DNA from: Mustelus asterias
Lineage: Eukaryota
Length of the DNA: 64,000 nt
Assembly (NCBI RefSeq): GCF_964213995.1
Contig: NW_027591173.1
Coordinates: 1-64,000, forward strand
Direction of reading: 5' to 3'
This document shows positions 48,250-61,100 of this stretch, one piece after another. A program made the translations under genes and the position numbers. The notes under the pieces were generated by a model. That model made no database searches. It was not told where the DNA came from and saw only the letters and a program-made list of their open reading frames with translations. How positions within the stretch are numbered: position 1 is the first letter of the stretch; every line of letters begins with the position of its first letter.

Positions 48250-48690
48250 ATAATCCCAGAAACTATAGTCAGTTTAGACTTGGCGATAGGGAAAATTCCT
48301 GAAACAATAATTGAGGACAAATTTAATAGTCACCTGAGTAAATGTGGGTTAATAAGGAAAGCCAGCATGGATTTGTGAAGGGAACTAACCTGCTTAACCT
48401 GTTTTTTGATGAGGTTACAGACACCAGTGTTGAGGATAATGCTATTAATATGGTGAACATGGACTTCCAAAAGGCATTAGGTAAATTGCTGCACAACAGA
48501 CTTAGGAACAAAGTTATGACTCGTGGAATGAAAGGGACAGTAACAACATTGACACAAAATTGTCCACGGGACAGGAAACTAATGAAATATTGGTTAATGG
48601 ATGTTTGGGAGTTCTCAGGAGCTGGTGTTAACACCCTGCTCTTCCTAATGTTCACAAATGACCCAGACCTTGGTGTTCAGGAACAGTTTT
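48250..48690 (+). mobile_element. Old CR1 RT fragment (partial SINE at 48089-48235)
   Basis: ESQHGFVKG...MDFQKAL. Confidence 0.65.
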
Positions 48691-49033
48691 GAAATTAGTG
48701 GGGACAGTCTTCTGTAGACCCAGACCGTGTGGCAGGTTCCCTTCTCCGAAGGATATCAGTGAATAAGTTGCATTTTTACAACAATCCAGCAGTTTTCATT
48801 GTCACTTTTTCCCAGTGACGGACGTACAAATGACCAGATTAATTCAGTTCAATTTCACAAACTGCCTGTGTTTTTATGAGTTCTCTCTCACTCCCTTTTT
48901 TTCTGTTTTGAAACAGTTATACAGGGTTTTAGAAGAGCAGGATTTGCAGTCGGGAAATTGAAACGAAACATCACATCACAACCTGGTGGAGTTTTCCAAT
49001 GTATCGTAACCTGAATATCATTTGATTTTGAAC

Positions 49034-50080
49034 ATGGAAGGAACAAGCACCGTTCACAGTGGGGAAAATCCATACACGTGTTCTGTGTGTGGACGAGGCT
49101 TCAGCCAATCATCTGACCTGTTGAAACACAAATGCAGTCAATCCAGGAAGAAACCGTGGAAATGCAGGGATTGTGGGAAGGGATTCAAATCCCCGTCTGA
49201 CCTGGAAAGTCATTGGCTCAGTCACACTGGGGAGAAACCGTTCACGTGCTTCAAATGTGGGAAGGGATTCACTCGTCAATCCTACCTTCTGACACATCAG
49301 CGACTTCACACTGGGGAAAGGCCGTTCACCTGTTCTGTGTGTGGGAAGGGATTCATTCAGTCATCTTCCCTGTTGAATCACCAGCGAGTTCACACTGAGG
49401 AGAGACCAATTAAATGCTCAGACTGTGGGAAGTGTTACAAATGTTCTGGGGAACAGGTGCGCCATCAACGTGTTCACAGCAATGAGAGGCCATTCACCTG
49501 TTCCTTGTGTGGGAAAGGATTTACTCAGCAATACAAACTGCTGACACACCAGCGAGTTCACACTGATGAGAGACCTTTTACATGTCCAGACTGTGGAAAA
49601 CACTTTAAAAGTTCCCAGGACTTGATGCAGCATCAACTTGTTCACACTGATGAGAGACCGTTCAGATGCTCTCACTGTGGGTCTGCATTCAAGCGATCGT
49701 CTCACCTCACTGTACACCAGCAAATTCACACTGGGGAGAGGCTGTTCACCTGCCCTGAGTGTAGCAAAGGGTTTACTCAGTCATCCGTCCTTCTGACACA
49801 CCAGTGTGTTCAAACTGGGGGGAGACCATTCATCTGCTCTGAGTGTGGGAAGGGTTTCCCTTCCTCATCCAAACTTCTGATGCACCAGCACGTGCACACT
49901 GGGGAGAGACCGTTCACCTGCTCTGTGTGTGGGAAGGGTTTCACTCAGTCATCGAACCTGCTGACACACCAGCGAGTTCACACTGGGGAGAGGCCGTTCA
50001 CATGTGCTGAATGTGGGAAGGGATTTGCTTATTTTTCTGTACTGATGAGACACCAACAAGCTCACAAACAACGACAATGA
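49034..50080 (+). CDS. C2H2 zinc-finger protein, 12 fingers (two lack the final His)
   Basis: [19 protein letters not shown]...HQQAHKQRQ; acceptor atacag at about 48924; AATAAA at about 50188. Confidence 0.88.
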   Translation: MEGTSTVHSGENPYTCSVCGRGFSQSSDLLKHKCSQSRKKPWKCRDCGKGFKSPSDLESHWLSHTGEKPFTCFKCGKGFTRQSYLLTHQRLHTGERPFTCSVCGKGFIQSSSLLNHQRVHTEERPIKCSDCGKCYKCSGEQVRHQRVHSNERPFTCSLCGKGFTQQYKLLTHQRVHTDERPFTCPDCGKHFKSSQDLMQHQLVHTDERPFRCSHCGSAFKRSSHLTVHQQIHTGERLFTCPECSKGFTQSSVLLTHQCVQTGGRPFICSECGKGFPSSSKLLMHQHVHTGERPFTCSVCGKGFTQSSNLLTHQRVHTGERPFTCAECGKGFAYFSVLMRHQQAHKQRQ

Positions 50081-50267
50081 TTGAATTTTGCTGTCAATGA
50101 CATCCAGGATTATGTTCGTTGGGGTCTATTGGATGATGTCAATACATTCCAGCCAGTTGTTTGGGCTAATATTGTGGATAAAGGTCAAATAAATCAGTTT
50201 CATGTTACTATTTTTATATTGAACACACTGTGTTGCATCTATTTAATGTCTCTAACTCACTTAAGTT

Positions 50268-51822
50268 AGATAAATCGCCGGGACCGGATGGGATGTACCC
50301 CAGGTTACTGTGGGAGGTGAGGAAGAGATTGCTGATCCTCTGGCGATGATCTTTGCGTCATCAATGGAGACGGGAGAGGTTCCGGTGGATTGGAGGATGG
50401 CGGATGTGGTTCCGTTATTCAAGAAAGGGAGAAGAAATTGCCCAGGAAATTATAGACCAGTGAGTCTAACCTCAGTGGTAGGTAAGTTGATGGAGAAGAT
50501 CCTGAGAGGCAGGATTTATGAACATTTGGAAAGGAATAGTATGATCAGAAGTAGCCAGCACGGCTTTGTCCGAGGCAGATCATCCCTTACGAGTCTGATT
50601 GAGTTTTTTTAAGATGTGACTAGACACTTAGACGGCGGAAGAGCGGTAAATGTGGTTTATATGGATTTCAGTAAGGTGTTTGATAAGGTGCCCCATGCAA
50701 GGCTTATGGAGAAAGTGAAGGGGCAAGGGATACAAGGGGATGTTGCTTTGTGTATTCAGAACTGGCTTGCTCACAGAAGGCAAAGGGTGGTTCTAGATGG
50801 GTCTTTTTCAGAGTGGAGGTCGGTCACCAGTGGGGTGCCCCAGGGATCTGTTCTGGGACCCTTGCTCTTTGTGATTTTTATAAATGACCTGGATGAGGAA
50901 GTGGAAGAATGGGTTGGCAAGTTTGCTGATGACACAAAAGTTGGAGGTGTTGTGGATAGTGTAGAGGGATGTCAACAGTTGCAACGAGACATAGATAAGA
51001 TGCAAGACTGGGCAGAGAAATGGCAGATGGACTTCAACCCAGATAAGTGAGTGGTGGGTCATTTTGGTCGGTCGAATAGGATGGAAGAATATAATATTAA
51101 GGGTAAGACGCTTGGCAGTGTGGAAGAACAGAGGGATCTTGGGGTCCGGGTTCATAGGACGCTCAAAGCAGCGTCACAGGTAGAGGCTGTGGTTAAGAAG
51201 GCGTATGGAATACTGGCCTTCATCAATAGAGGAATTGAGTTTAGAAATCGGGAGATAATGCTGCAGCTGTATAGGATCCTGGTCAGACCCCAACTGGAGT
51301 ACTGTGCCCAGTTCTGGTCGCCTCATTACAGAAAGGATGTGGAAGCCATAGAACGGGTGCAGAGGAGATTTACGAGGATGTTGCCAGGATTAAGTGGTAT
51401 GCCTTTTGAGGATAGGTTGAGAGAGCTAGGTCTTTTCTCCTTGGAGAGGCGAAGGATGAGAGGTGACCTGATAGAGGTGTATAAGATGTTGAGGGGTATT
51501 GATAGAATGGATTCTCAGATGCTTTTACCCAGGGCTGAAATGGTTGTCATGAGAGGCCACAGGTTTAGGGTGCTGGGGAGTAGGTACAGAGGAGATGTTC
51601 GGGGTAAGTGTTTCACTCAGAGGGTGGTGGGTGCGTGGAATCGGCTGCCGGTGGTGATGGTGGAGGTGGATTCGATTGAGTCTTTTAAGAAACTTTTGGA
51701 TAGGTTCATGGAGGTTAGTAAGAAAGAGGGTTATAGATGAGCCTAGAAGGTAAGGAAATTGTTCGGCACAACTTGTGGGCCGAAGGGCCTGTTTGTGCTG
51801 TAGCTTTTCTATGTTCTATGTT
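50268..51822 (+). mobile_element. CR1 LINE, 5'-truncated, with stops
   Basis: KSPGPDG through RT to C-terminus; tail ttctatgttctatg. Confidence 0.9.
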
Positions 51823-51919
51823 CACTTTGGATCCTTTTGAAGGGCTCTCCCTCTCCTTTGTCTTCTCCATCCTCACCTCCAACAACAAGTGTGAGGAGCG
51901 CATGGAGCTTCTTTGTCAC

Positions 51920-52580
51920 TGTTGTAGGTAAAAAACCTCTGACACTATTTGTGGTTCAAAATGCAGTGTTTATTTTCACAATTGTGGGAGAAGTGAGGTT
52001 CCTAACAGTGGACCCCCAGCCTTCTCATCGAACACAAGTAAGAACAGAATTTATATATGTCCCGGGCCCCGCCCTCATTACATTGCAATTCTCTAAGATG
52101 TCTGTCATTGTTCATGGTGAGATTCTTGTTGCATCAGCAGTATCTTCCTCTGCGTAGTTTGTTCGATCTCCAAGGCCACGATTGTTCGTCATTTATATCC
52201 TTGAAACAACATCACAGGTTTTGCACAAACAAGTTAACTAATCTACATACAAGTTTGTATAATACTTTATATCAGGATAAGATGAATAACGTATGATGAA
52301 TATATATATGAATCTATGGTGATTCAAAGACAGACGGCATACATGTCAACTCCATCGTGTTAAACAAAGGTACATAAAAATGGAGACTGTTTAGCTTATT
52401 TCGAGCTGGGTTAATCGCATTTCTTAATAACAAGAATAGCTGTTCCTCTTATCTGGTACAGACATGAAAAACACCGAACTCTGACGAAAACATGAACTCT
52501 GCAGTCTTCTCAACAAAATCACAGAGTTTGGGTCTTAATCCTTAAGTGTGACAAAGTTCATTAACCCATTCCCGACTTCA
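51920..52580 (-). mobile_element. Solo LTR (661 bp)
   Basis: TG...CA ends, 5-bp target duplication GTCAC (51915-51919, 52581-52585); empty site in paralog 21655-21670; minus-strand GC box, TATA and AATAAA. Confidence 0.75.
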
Positions 52581-52594
52581 GTCACTAAGATTGA

Positions 52595-52987
52595 GGGGAG
52601 GTGATGGCCTAGTGGTATTAACACTAGACGGTTAATCCAAAAACTCAGCTAATGTTCTGGGTACCAGGTTTCAATCCCACCAGGGCAGATGGTGAAATTT
52701 GAATTCAATAAAACATATCTGGAATTAAGAATTTACTGATGACCGTGAAACAATTGTCGTAAAAACCCATCTGGTTTAATGATGTCCTTTAGGGAAGGAA
52801 ATCTGCCGTCCTTGCCTGGTCTGGCCTACATGGGACTCCAGAGCCACAGCAATGTGGTTGACTCTAAAATGGCCGAGCAAGCCACTCAGTTGTTCAAGAA
52901 GGCAGCTCACCACCACCTTCTCAAGGGCAACTTGCAATAAATGCTGGCCATGCAACAACATCCATGTCCCATAGATGAAATTTAAAA
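52595..52987 (+). mobile_element. tRNA-derived SINE, second family
   Basis: Homolog of 13477-13808. Confidence 0.75.
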
Positions 52988-55122
52988 AGCTGCCTCTGTT
53001 GCTTCCCTTCCTCCCACGAGTCCATCCTTGACCCCAGTGTCTTTGTTCCCCTCCTGCCCATCTCTCATTACAACTTCCAAAATCCCTGTCGTCTCCCAAA
53101 TCTCTGCCCATATGTCCTGAAATTCCCTGTGTGAATCCCTCCGATTACATTTGTCTTTCGCACAGTATTAAACCAGCTCTTACCAAAGTCTCAAATTACT
53201 GTGTGAATATGACTGAGGTAAGCTATCTGTCACTGTGCTTCTCAGCCAGTCTGCAGTTATTGACACCATTGACCAAACCATCTTCCTCCAGTGCCTCTCC
53301 ATTGTTGTGCAGCTGGGTGGGACTGCACACTTCGGATTAATTTCTTATCTGATTGTAGTCAGAGAATCACCGGCAGCCACTGTGATTATTACAGACAGAG
53401 AGCAAGTGAATAGAGGGAGCAAAGTAAATGGGGAAAAGAGACGGTGAGAGTGAATGGGATGGAAGTTCGTAAACTGAGACAAAGAGAAACAGATTGAGAC
53501 AGAAAATGGGGTCAACATTGTTCCAAAGAGAAGAGATTAATGCTTTTCAAACCTTCCTGATCATTATAACTTATCAATTTCTGTAAAATATTTTGAGTGA
53601 ATGGAACAAGGCCTGGATATGAGATTCTGAAACTCCCTCCCTAACTGTCCAGATTAAAGGTGTTTGTTCAGGTCTGTCTCTCCAAACAAGGTTTTGGCCA
53701 TCCATCCTAATATTGTGCTCTGTGACCCAGTATTTCTAGTTGCTGATCTATCAGTAATGGACTTGCTGCCGTCTGGAACAAAACTGTTTTCACCACTAAG
53801 GCTCCGCTGTGATGTAATAGTCTCTATGACATCATCACAGCAGGACTGGATGACATCATCAGAGTCCATTGTTTCTGAATGATCCACATCAATAACAACA
53901 GGAAATACTCATCAAGCTGAGCACATTATCTAGGCTGACACTGCAGTCTGACATTGAGGGACTGCTGCACTCTGACACACACTGCCCTTCACATGGAGCT
54001 TGTGGAGGCTCTGGCCACAATCTTCCAATCCTTCTCATAGAGTTGTGGTGCAAAAAGGCTGAGAGATTGGAAATGTTACATCCCTGTTCAAAAAATTACA
54101 GAACAATCATCTTAACATCAGCGGTGGAGAAAAATGAAACCAATAATCTGGGGCACAATCAACTGGTACTTGGAAAAGTGTGGATTCTTATTGTCAGCAT
54201 TTTCTGTTTTAATGCTGAAAACTTCCCTGGATCTCAAGGCTGAGAAAGACATTCTGGAATGTCATCCCCCCCCCATTCCTCTCTCTATCCCTCCTCCCAT
54301 CCCTCCCTACAACAAGAACCATTCACTCTGCACCGCAGTTTCACCCTCATTCCCCCAGTTTGTATTCCAGCCTTTACCACACCCACTCTGCTCCCAGATA
54401 CTTCACACCATTAGATATTAAAATTCAAACTTTATAATCTCTACAATTTAATATTTGTTCAGACAGCAGACAAATCATCAATTCCACTCCCACCCTGAGC
54501 TATGGGGATATATTTATACATTATTTCATTTCACAATAAAACTCACACACTGAATTTCAGATTTGCTTCTGTTGTTTTAATTTGCCCAGCAGATTATTTG
54601 GAGTGAGACTGACATCAACCCTTCATGGTCTCAGTCTGTCTCTGTGTTTGTGAGAGTGTCTGAGATAGTGTGTGTGTCTGAACGTGTGTATGTATGAGTG
54701 TGTATCTGTGTGTGCTGTGTGTGTGTTTGTGTGAGATTATAGAAAGATAGAAACTAGAAGCAGGAGTAAGCCATTCGGCCCTTCGAGCCTGCTCCGCCAT
54801 TCATTTTGATCATGGCTGATCATCGAATTCAATATTCTGATCCCCCTTCTTCCCACACCTTTAGCCCCAAGAGCTATATCTAATTTATTCTTGGAATCAT
54901 ATGTATGTGTCTGCATTTTTCTGAGTATTTGTGTGTCTATGAGTTTGTCTGTATTTGTTTCCGAGATTGATATCAGTTATGAGAATAGATTCGTCTGCAT
55001 TAAAATATATTAAAATAAGAATAATAGGAATAAGAAAAATACAGCAGCACAATCCTCCAACAGGATCCTTCAGTCATCTGAGAATTCAGTGATTTCCCAG
55101 GCAGAGGCCGTTTACCTCACAT

Positions 55123-55140
55123 CGCCACAAGAGGGAGCTC
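55123..55140 (+). promoter_or_regulatory. CTCF-like motif at satellite border
   Basis: cgCCACAAGAGGGAGCtc versus consensus CCASYAGRKGGCRS (2 mismatches). Confidence 0.4.
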
Positions 55141-55186
55141 CCTCGCTGTATTTGTGTGTTCACTGCAGCAGGAGCGGGTTCCATTT

Positions 55187-58100
55187 CACAGTGAAATGTA
55201 ACAGAGCAGAAATCCAGGAGAACTGGATTAATTGTTAGATTACACAGTGATATGTTACAGAGCAGAAATCCAGGGGAACTGGATTAATTGTTGGATTACA
55301 CAGTGATATGTAACAGAGCAGGAATCCAGGAGAACTGGATTAATTGTTAGATTACACAGTGATATGTTACAGAGCAGGAATCCAGGGGAACTGGATTAAT
55401 TGTTGGATTACACAGTGATATGTTACAGAGCAGGAATCCAGGGGAACTGGATTAATTGTTAGATTACACAGTGATATGTTACAGAGCAGAAATCCAGGAG
55501 AACTGGATTAATTGTTGGATTACACAGTGATATGTTACAGAGCAGTAATCCAGGGGAACTGGATTAATTGTTGGATTACACAGTGATATGTTACAGAGCA
55601 GTAATCCAGGGGAACTGGATTAATTGTTAGATTACACAGTGATATGTAACAGAGCAGAAATCCAGGGGAACTGGATTAATTGTTGGATTACACAGTGATA
55701 TGTTACAGAGCAGAAATCCAGGAGAACTGGATTAATTGTTGGATTTCACAGTGATATGTTACAGAGCAGAAATCCAGGGGAACTGGATTAATTGTTGGAT
55801 TACACAGTGATATGTTACAGAGCAGTAATCCAGGGGAACTGGATTAATTGTTGGATTACACAGTGATATGTTACAGAGCAGTAATCCAGGGGAACTGGAG
55901 TAATTGTTGGATTTCACAGTGATATGTTACAGAGCAGAAATCCAGGAGAACTGGATTAATTGTTGGATTACACAGTGATATGTTACAGAGCAGTAATCCA
56001 GGGGAACTGGATTAATTGTTAGATTACACAGTGATATGTTACAGAGCAGTAATCCAGGGGAACTGGATTAATTGTTAGATTACACAGTGATATGTTACAG
56101 AGCAGTAATCCAGGGGAACTGGATTAATTGTTGGATTACACAGTGATATGTTACAGAGCAGTAATCCAGGGAACTGGATTAATTGTTGGATTACACAGTG
56201 ATATGTTACAGAGCAGTAATCCAGGGGAACTGGATTAATTGTTAGATTACACAGTGATATGTAACAGAGCAGTAATCCAGGGGAACTGGAGTAATTGTTG
56301 GATTACACAGTGATATGTTACAGAGCAGTAATCCAGGAGAACTGGATTAATTGTTGGATTACACAGTGATATGTTACAGAGCAGTAATCCAGGAGAACTG
56401 GATTAATTGTTGGATTACACAGTGATATGTTACAGAGCAGTAATCCAGGGGAACTGGAGTAATTGTTGGATTACACAGTGATATGTTACAGAGCAGAAAT
56501 CCAGGAGAACTGGATTAATTGTTGGATTACACAGTGATATGTTACAGAGCAGTAATCCAGGGGAACTGGATTAATTGTTAGATTACACAGTGATATGTTA
56601 CAGAGCAGTAATCCAGGGGAACTGGAGTAATTGTTGGATTACACAGTGATATGTTACAGAGCAGTAATCCAGGAGAACTGGATTAATTGTTGGATTACAC
56701 AGTGATATGTTACAGAGCAGTAATCCAGGAGAACTGGATTAATTGTTGGATTACACAGTGATATGTTACAGAGCAGAAATCCAGGAGAACTGGATTAATT
56801 GTTGGATTACACAGTGATATGTTACAGAGCAGAAATCCAGGGGAACTGGATTAATTGTTGGATTACACAGTGATATGTAACAGAACAGAAATCCAGGGGA
56901 ACTGGATTAATTGTTAGATTACACAGTGATATGTTACAGAGCAGTAATCCAGGAGAACTGGATTAATTGTTGGATTACACAGTGATATGTTACAGAGCAG
57001 AAATCCAGGGGAACTGGATTAATTGTTGGATTACACAGTGATATGTTACAGAGCAGAAATCCAGGGGAACTGGATTAATTGTTGGATTACACAGTGATAT
57101 GTAACAGAGCAGTAATCCAGGGGAACTAGATTAATTGTTGGATTACACAGTGATATGTAACAGAGCAGAAATCCAGGGGAACTGGATTAATTGTTAGATT
57201 ACACAGTGATATGTTACAGAGCAGTAATCCAGGAGAACTGGATTAATTGTTGGATTACACAGTGATATGTTACAGAGCAGTAATCCAGGGGAACTGGATT
57301 AATTGTTAGATTACACAGTGATATGTTACAGAGCAGTAATCCAGGGGAACTGGATTAATTGTTGGATTACACAGTGATATGTTACAGAGCAGAAATCCAG
57401 GAGAACTGGATTAATTGTTGGATTACACAGTGATATGTTACAGAGCAGAAATCCAGGGGAACTGGATTAATTGTTAGATTACACAGTGATGTGTTACAGA
57501 GCAGTAATCCAGGAGAACTGGATTAATTGTTAGATTACACAGTGACATGTAACAGAGCAGAAATCGAGGAGAACTGGATTAATTGTTAGATTACACAGTG
57601 ATATGTTACAGAGCAGTAATCCAGGGGAACTGGATTAATTGTTGGATTACACAGTGATATGTTACAGAGCAGTAATCCAGGGGAACTGGATTAATTGTTA
57701 GATTACACAGTGATATGTTACAGAGCAGTAATCCAGGAGAACTGGATTAATTGTTGGATTACACAGTGATATGTTACAGAGCAGAAATCCAGGGGAACTG
57801 GATTAATTGTTAGATTACACAGTGATATGTTACAGAGCAGTAATCCAGGGGAACTGGATTAATTGTTAGATTACACAGTGATATGTAACAGAGCAGAAAT
57901 CGAGGAGAACTGGATTAATTGTTAGATTACACAGTGATATGTTACAGAGCAGTAATCCAGGAGAACTGGATTAATTGTTAGATTACACAGTGATATGTTA
58001 CAGAGCAGAAATCCAGGGGAACTGGATTAATTGTTAGATTACACAGTGATATGTTACAGAGCAGTAATCCAGGGGAACTGGATTAATTGTTAGATTACAC

Positions 58101-61100
58101 AGTGATATGTAACAGAGCAGAAATCGAGGAGAACTGGTTAATTGTTGGATTACACAGTGATATGTTACAGAGCAGTAATCCAGGGGAACTGGAGTAATTG
58201 TTGGATTACACAGTGACATATAACAGAGCAGAAATCCAGGGGAACTGGATTAATTGTTAGATTACACAGTGACATGTAACAGAGCAGAAATCCAGGGGAA
58301 CTGGATTAATTGTTAGATTACACAGTGATATGTTACAGAGCAGAAATCCAGGGGAACTGGATTAATTGTTGGATTACACAGTGATATGTTACAGAGCAGT
58401 AATCCAGGGGAACTGGATTAATTGTTAGATTACACAGTGATATGTTACAGAGCAGTAATCCAGGGGAACTGCATTAATTGTTGGATTACACAGTGATATG
58501 TTACAGAGCAGAAATCCAGGGGAACTGGATTAATTGTTGGATTTCACAGTGATATGTAACAGAGCAGTAATCCAGGGGAACTGGAGTAATTGTTGGATTA
58601 CACAGTGATATGTTACAGAGCAGTAATCCAGGAGAACTGGATTAATTGTTGGATTACACAGTGATATGTAACAGAGCAGAAATCGAGGAGAACTGGATTA
58701 ATTGTTGGATTACACAGTGATATGTTACAGAGCAGTAATCCAGGGGAACTGGATTAATTGTTAGATTACACAGTGATATGTTACAGAGCAGTAATCCAGG
58801 GGAACTGGATTAATTGTTGGATTACACAGTGATATGTTACAGAGCAGAAATCCAGGGGAACTGGATTAATTGTTAGATTACACAGTGATATGTTACAGAG
58901 CAGTAATCCAGGGGAACTGGATTAATTGTTGGATTACACAGTGATATGTTACAGAGCAGAAATCCAGGGGAACTGGATTAATTGTTGGATTTCACAGTGA
59001 CATGTAACAGAGCAGAAATCTAGGAGAACTGGATTAATTGTTGGATTACACAGTGATATGTAACAGAACAGAAATCCAGGGGAACTGGATTAATTGTTGG
59101 ATTACACAGTGATATGTTACAGAGCAGAAATCCAGGGGAACTGGATTAATTGTTAGATTACACAGTGATATGTTACAGAGCAGTAATCCAGGAGAACTGG
59201 ATTAATTGTTGGATTACACAGTGATATGTAACAGAACAGAAATCCAGGGGAACTGGATTAATTGTTGGATTACACAGTGATATGTTACAGAGCAGAAATC
59301 CAGGGGAACTGGATTAATTGTTAGATTACACAGTGATATGTTACAGAGCAGTAATCCAGGAGAACTGGATTAATTGTTGGATTACACAGTGATATGTTAC
59401 AGAGCAGTAATCCAGGGGAACTGGATTAATTGTTAGATTACACAGTGATATGTTACAGAGCAGTAATCCAGGAGAACTGGATTAATTGTTGGATTACACA
59501 GTGATATGTTACAGAGCAGAAATCCAGGAGAACTGGATTAATTGTTGGATTACACAGTGATATGTTACAGAGCAGAAATCCAGGAGAACTGGAGTAATTG
59601 TTGGATTACACAGTGATATGTTACAGAGCAGGAATCCAGGGGAACTGGATTAATTGTTGGATTACACAGTGATATGTTACAGAACAGGAATCCAGGGGAA
59701 CTGGATTAATTGTTGGATTACACAGTGATATGTTACAGAGCAGAAATCCAGGAGAACTGGAGTAATTGTTGGATTACACAGTGATATGTTACAGAGCAGT
59801 AATCCAGGAGAACTGGAGTAATTGTTGGATTACACAGTGATATGTTACAGAGCAGGAATCCAGGGGAACTGGATTAATTGTTGGATTACACAGTGATATG
59901 TTACAGAGCAGTAATCCAGGGGAACTGGATTAATTGTTGGATTACACAGTGATATGTTACAGAGCAGGAATCCAGGAGAACTGGATTAATTGTTGGATTA
60001 CACAGTGATATGTTACAGAGCAGGAATCCAGGGGAACTGGAGTAATTGTTGGATTACACAGTGATATGTTACAGAGCAGTAATCCAGGAGAACTGGATTA
60101 ATTGTTAGATTTCACAGTGATATGTTACAGAGCAGAAATCCAGGAGAACTGGAGTAATTGTTGGATTACACAGTGATATGTTACAGAGCAGGAATCCAGG
60201 GGAACTGGATTAATTGTTGGATTACACAGTGATATGTTACAGAGCAGTAATCCAGGGGAACTGGATTAATTGTTGGATTACACAGTGATATGTTACAGAG
60301 CAGAAATCCAGGAGAACTGGAGTAATTGTTGGATTACACAGTGATATGTTACAGAGCAGGAATCCAGGGGAACTGGATTAATTGTTGGATTACACAGTGA
60401 TATGTTACAGCACAGGAATCCAGGAGAACTGGATTAATTGTTAGATTACACAGTGATATGTTACAGAGCAGTAATCCAGGGGAACTGGATTAATTGTTAG
60501 ATTACACAGTGATATGTTACAGAACAGGAATCCAGGGGAACTGGATTAATTGTTGGATTACACAGTGATATGTTACAGAACAGGAATCCAGGAGAACTGG
60601 ATTAATTGTTAGATTACACAGTGATATGTTACAGAGCAGTAATCCAGGGAAACTGGATTAATTGTTGGATTACACAGTGGTATGTTACAGAGCAGGAATC
60701 CAGGAGAACTGGATTAATTGTTGGATTACACAGTGATATGTTACAGAGCAGGAATCCAGGAGAACTGGATTAATTGTTGGATTACACAGTGATATGTTAC
60801 AGAGCAGAAATCCAGGGGAACTGGAATAATTGTTGGATTACACAGTGATATGTTACAGAGCAGAAATCCAGGGGAACTGGATTAATTGTTAGATTACACA
60901 GTGATATGTTACAGAGCAGTAATCCAGGGGAACTGGATTAATTGTTGGATTTCACAGTGATATGTTACAGAGCAGTAATCCAGGGGAACTGGATTAATTG
61001 TTGGATTACACAGTGATATGTTACAGAGCAGTAATCCACGAGAACTGGATTAATTGTTAGATTACACAGTGATATGTTACAGAGCAGAAATCCAGGGGAA

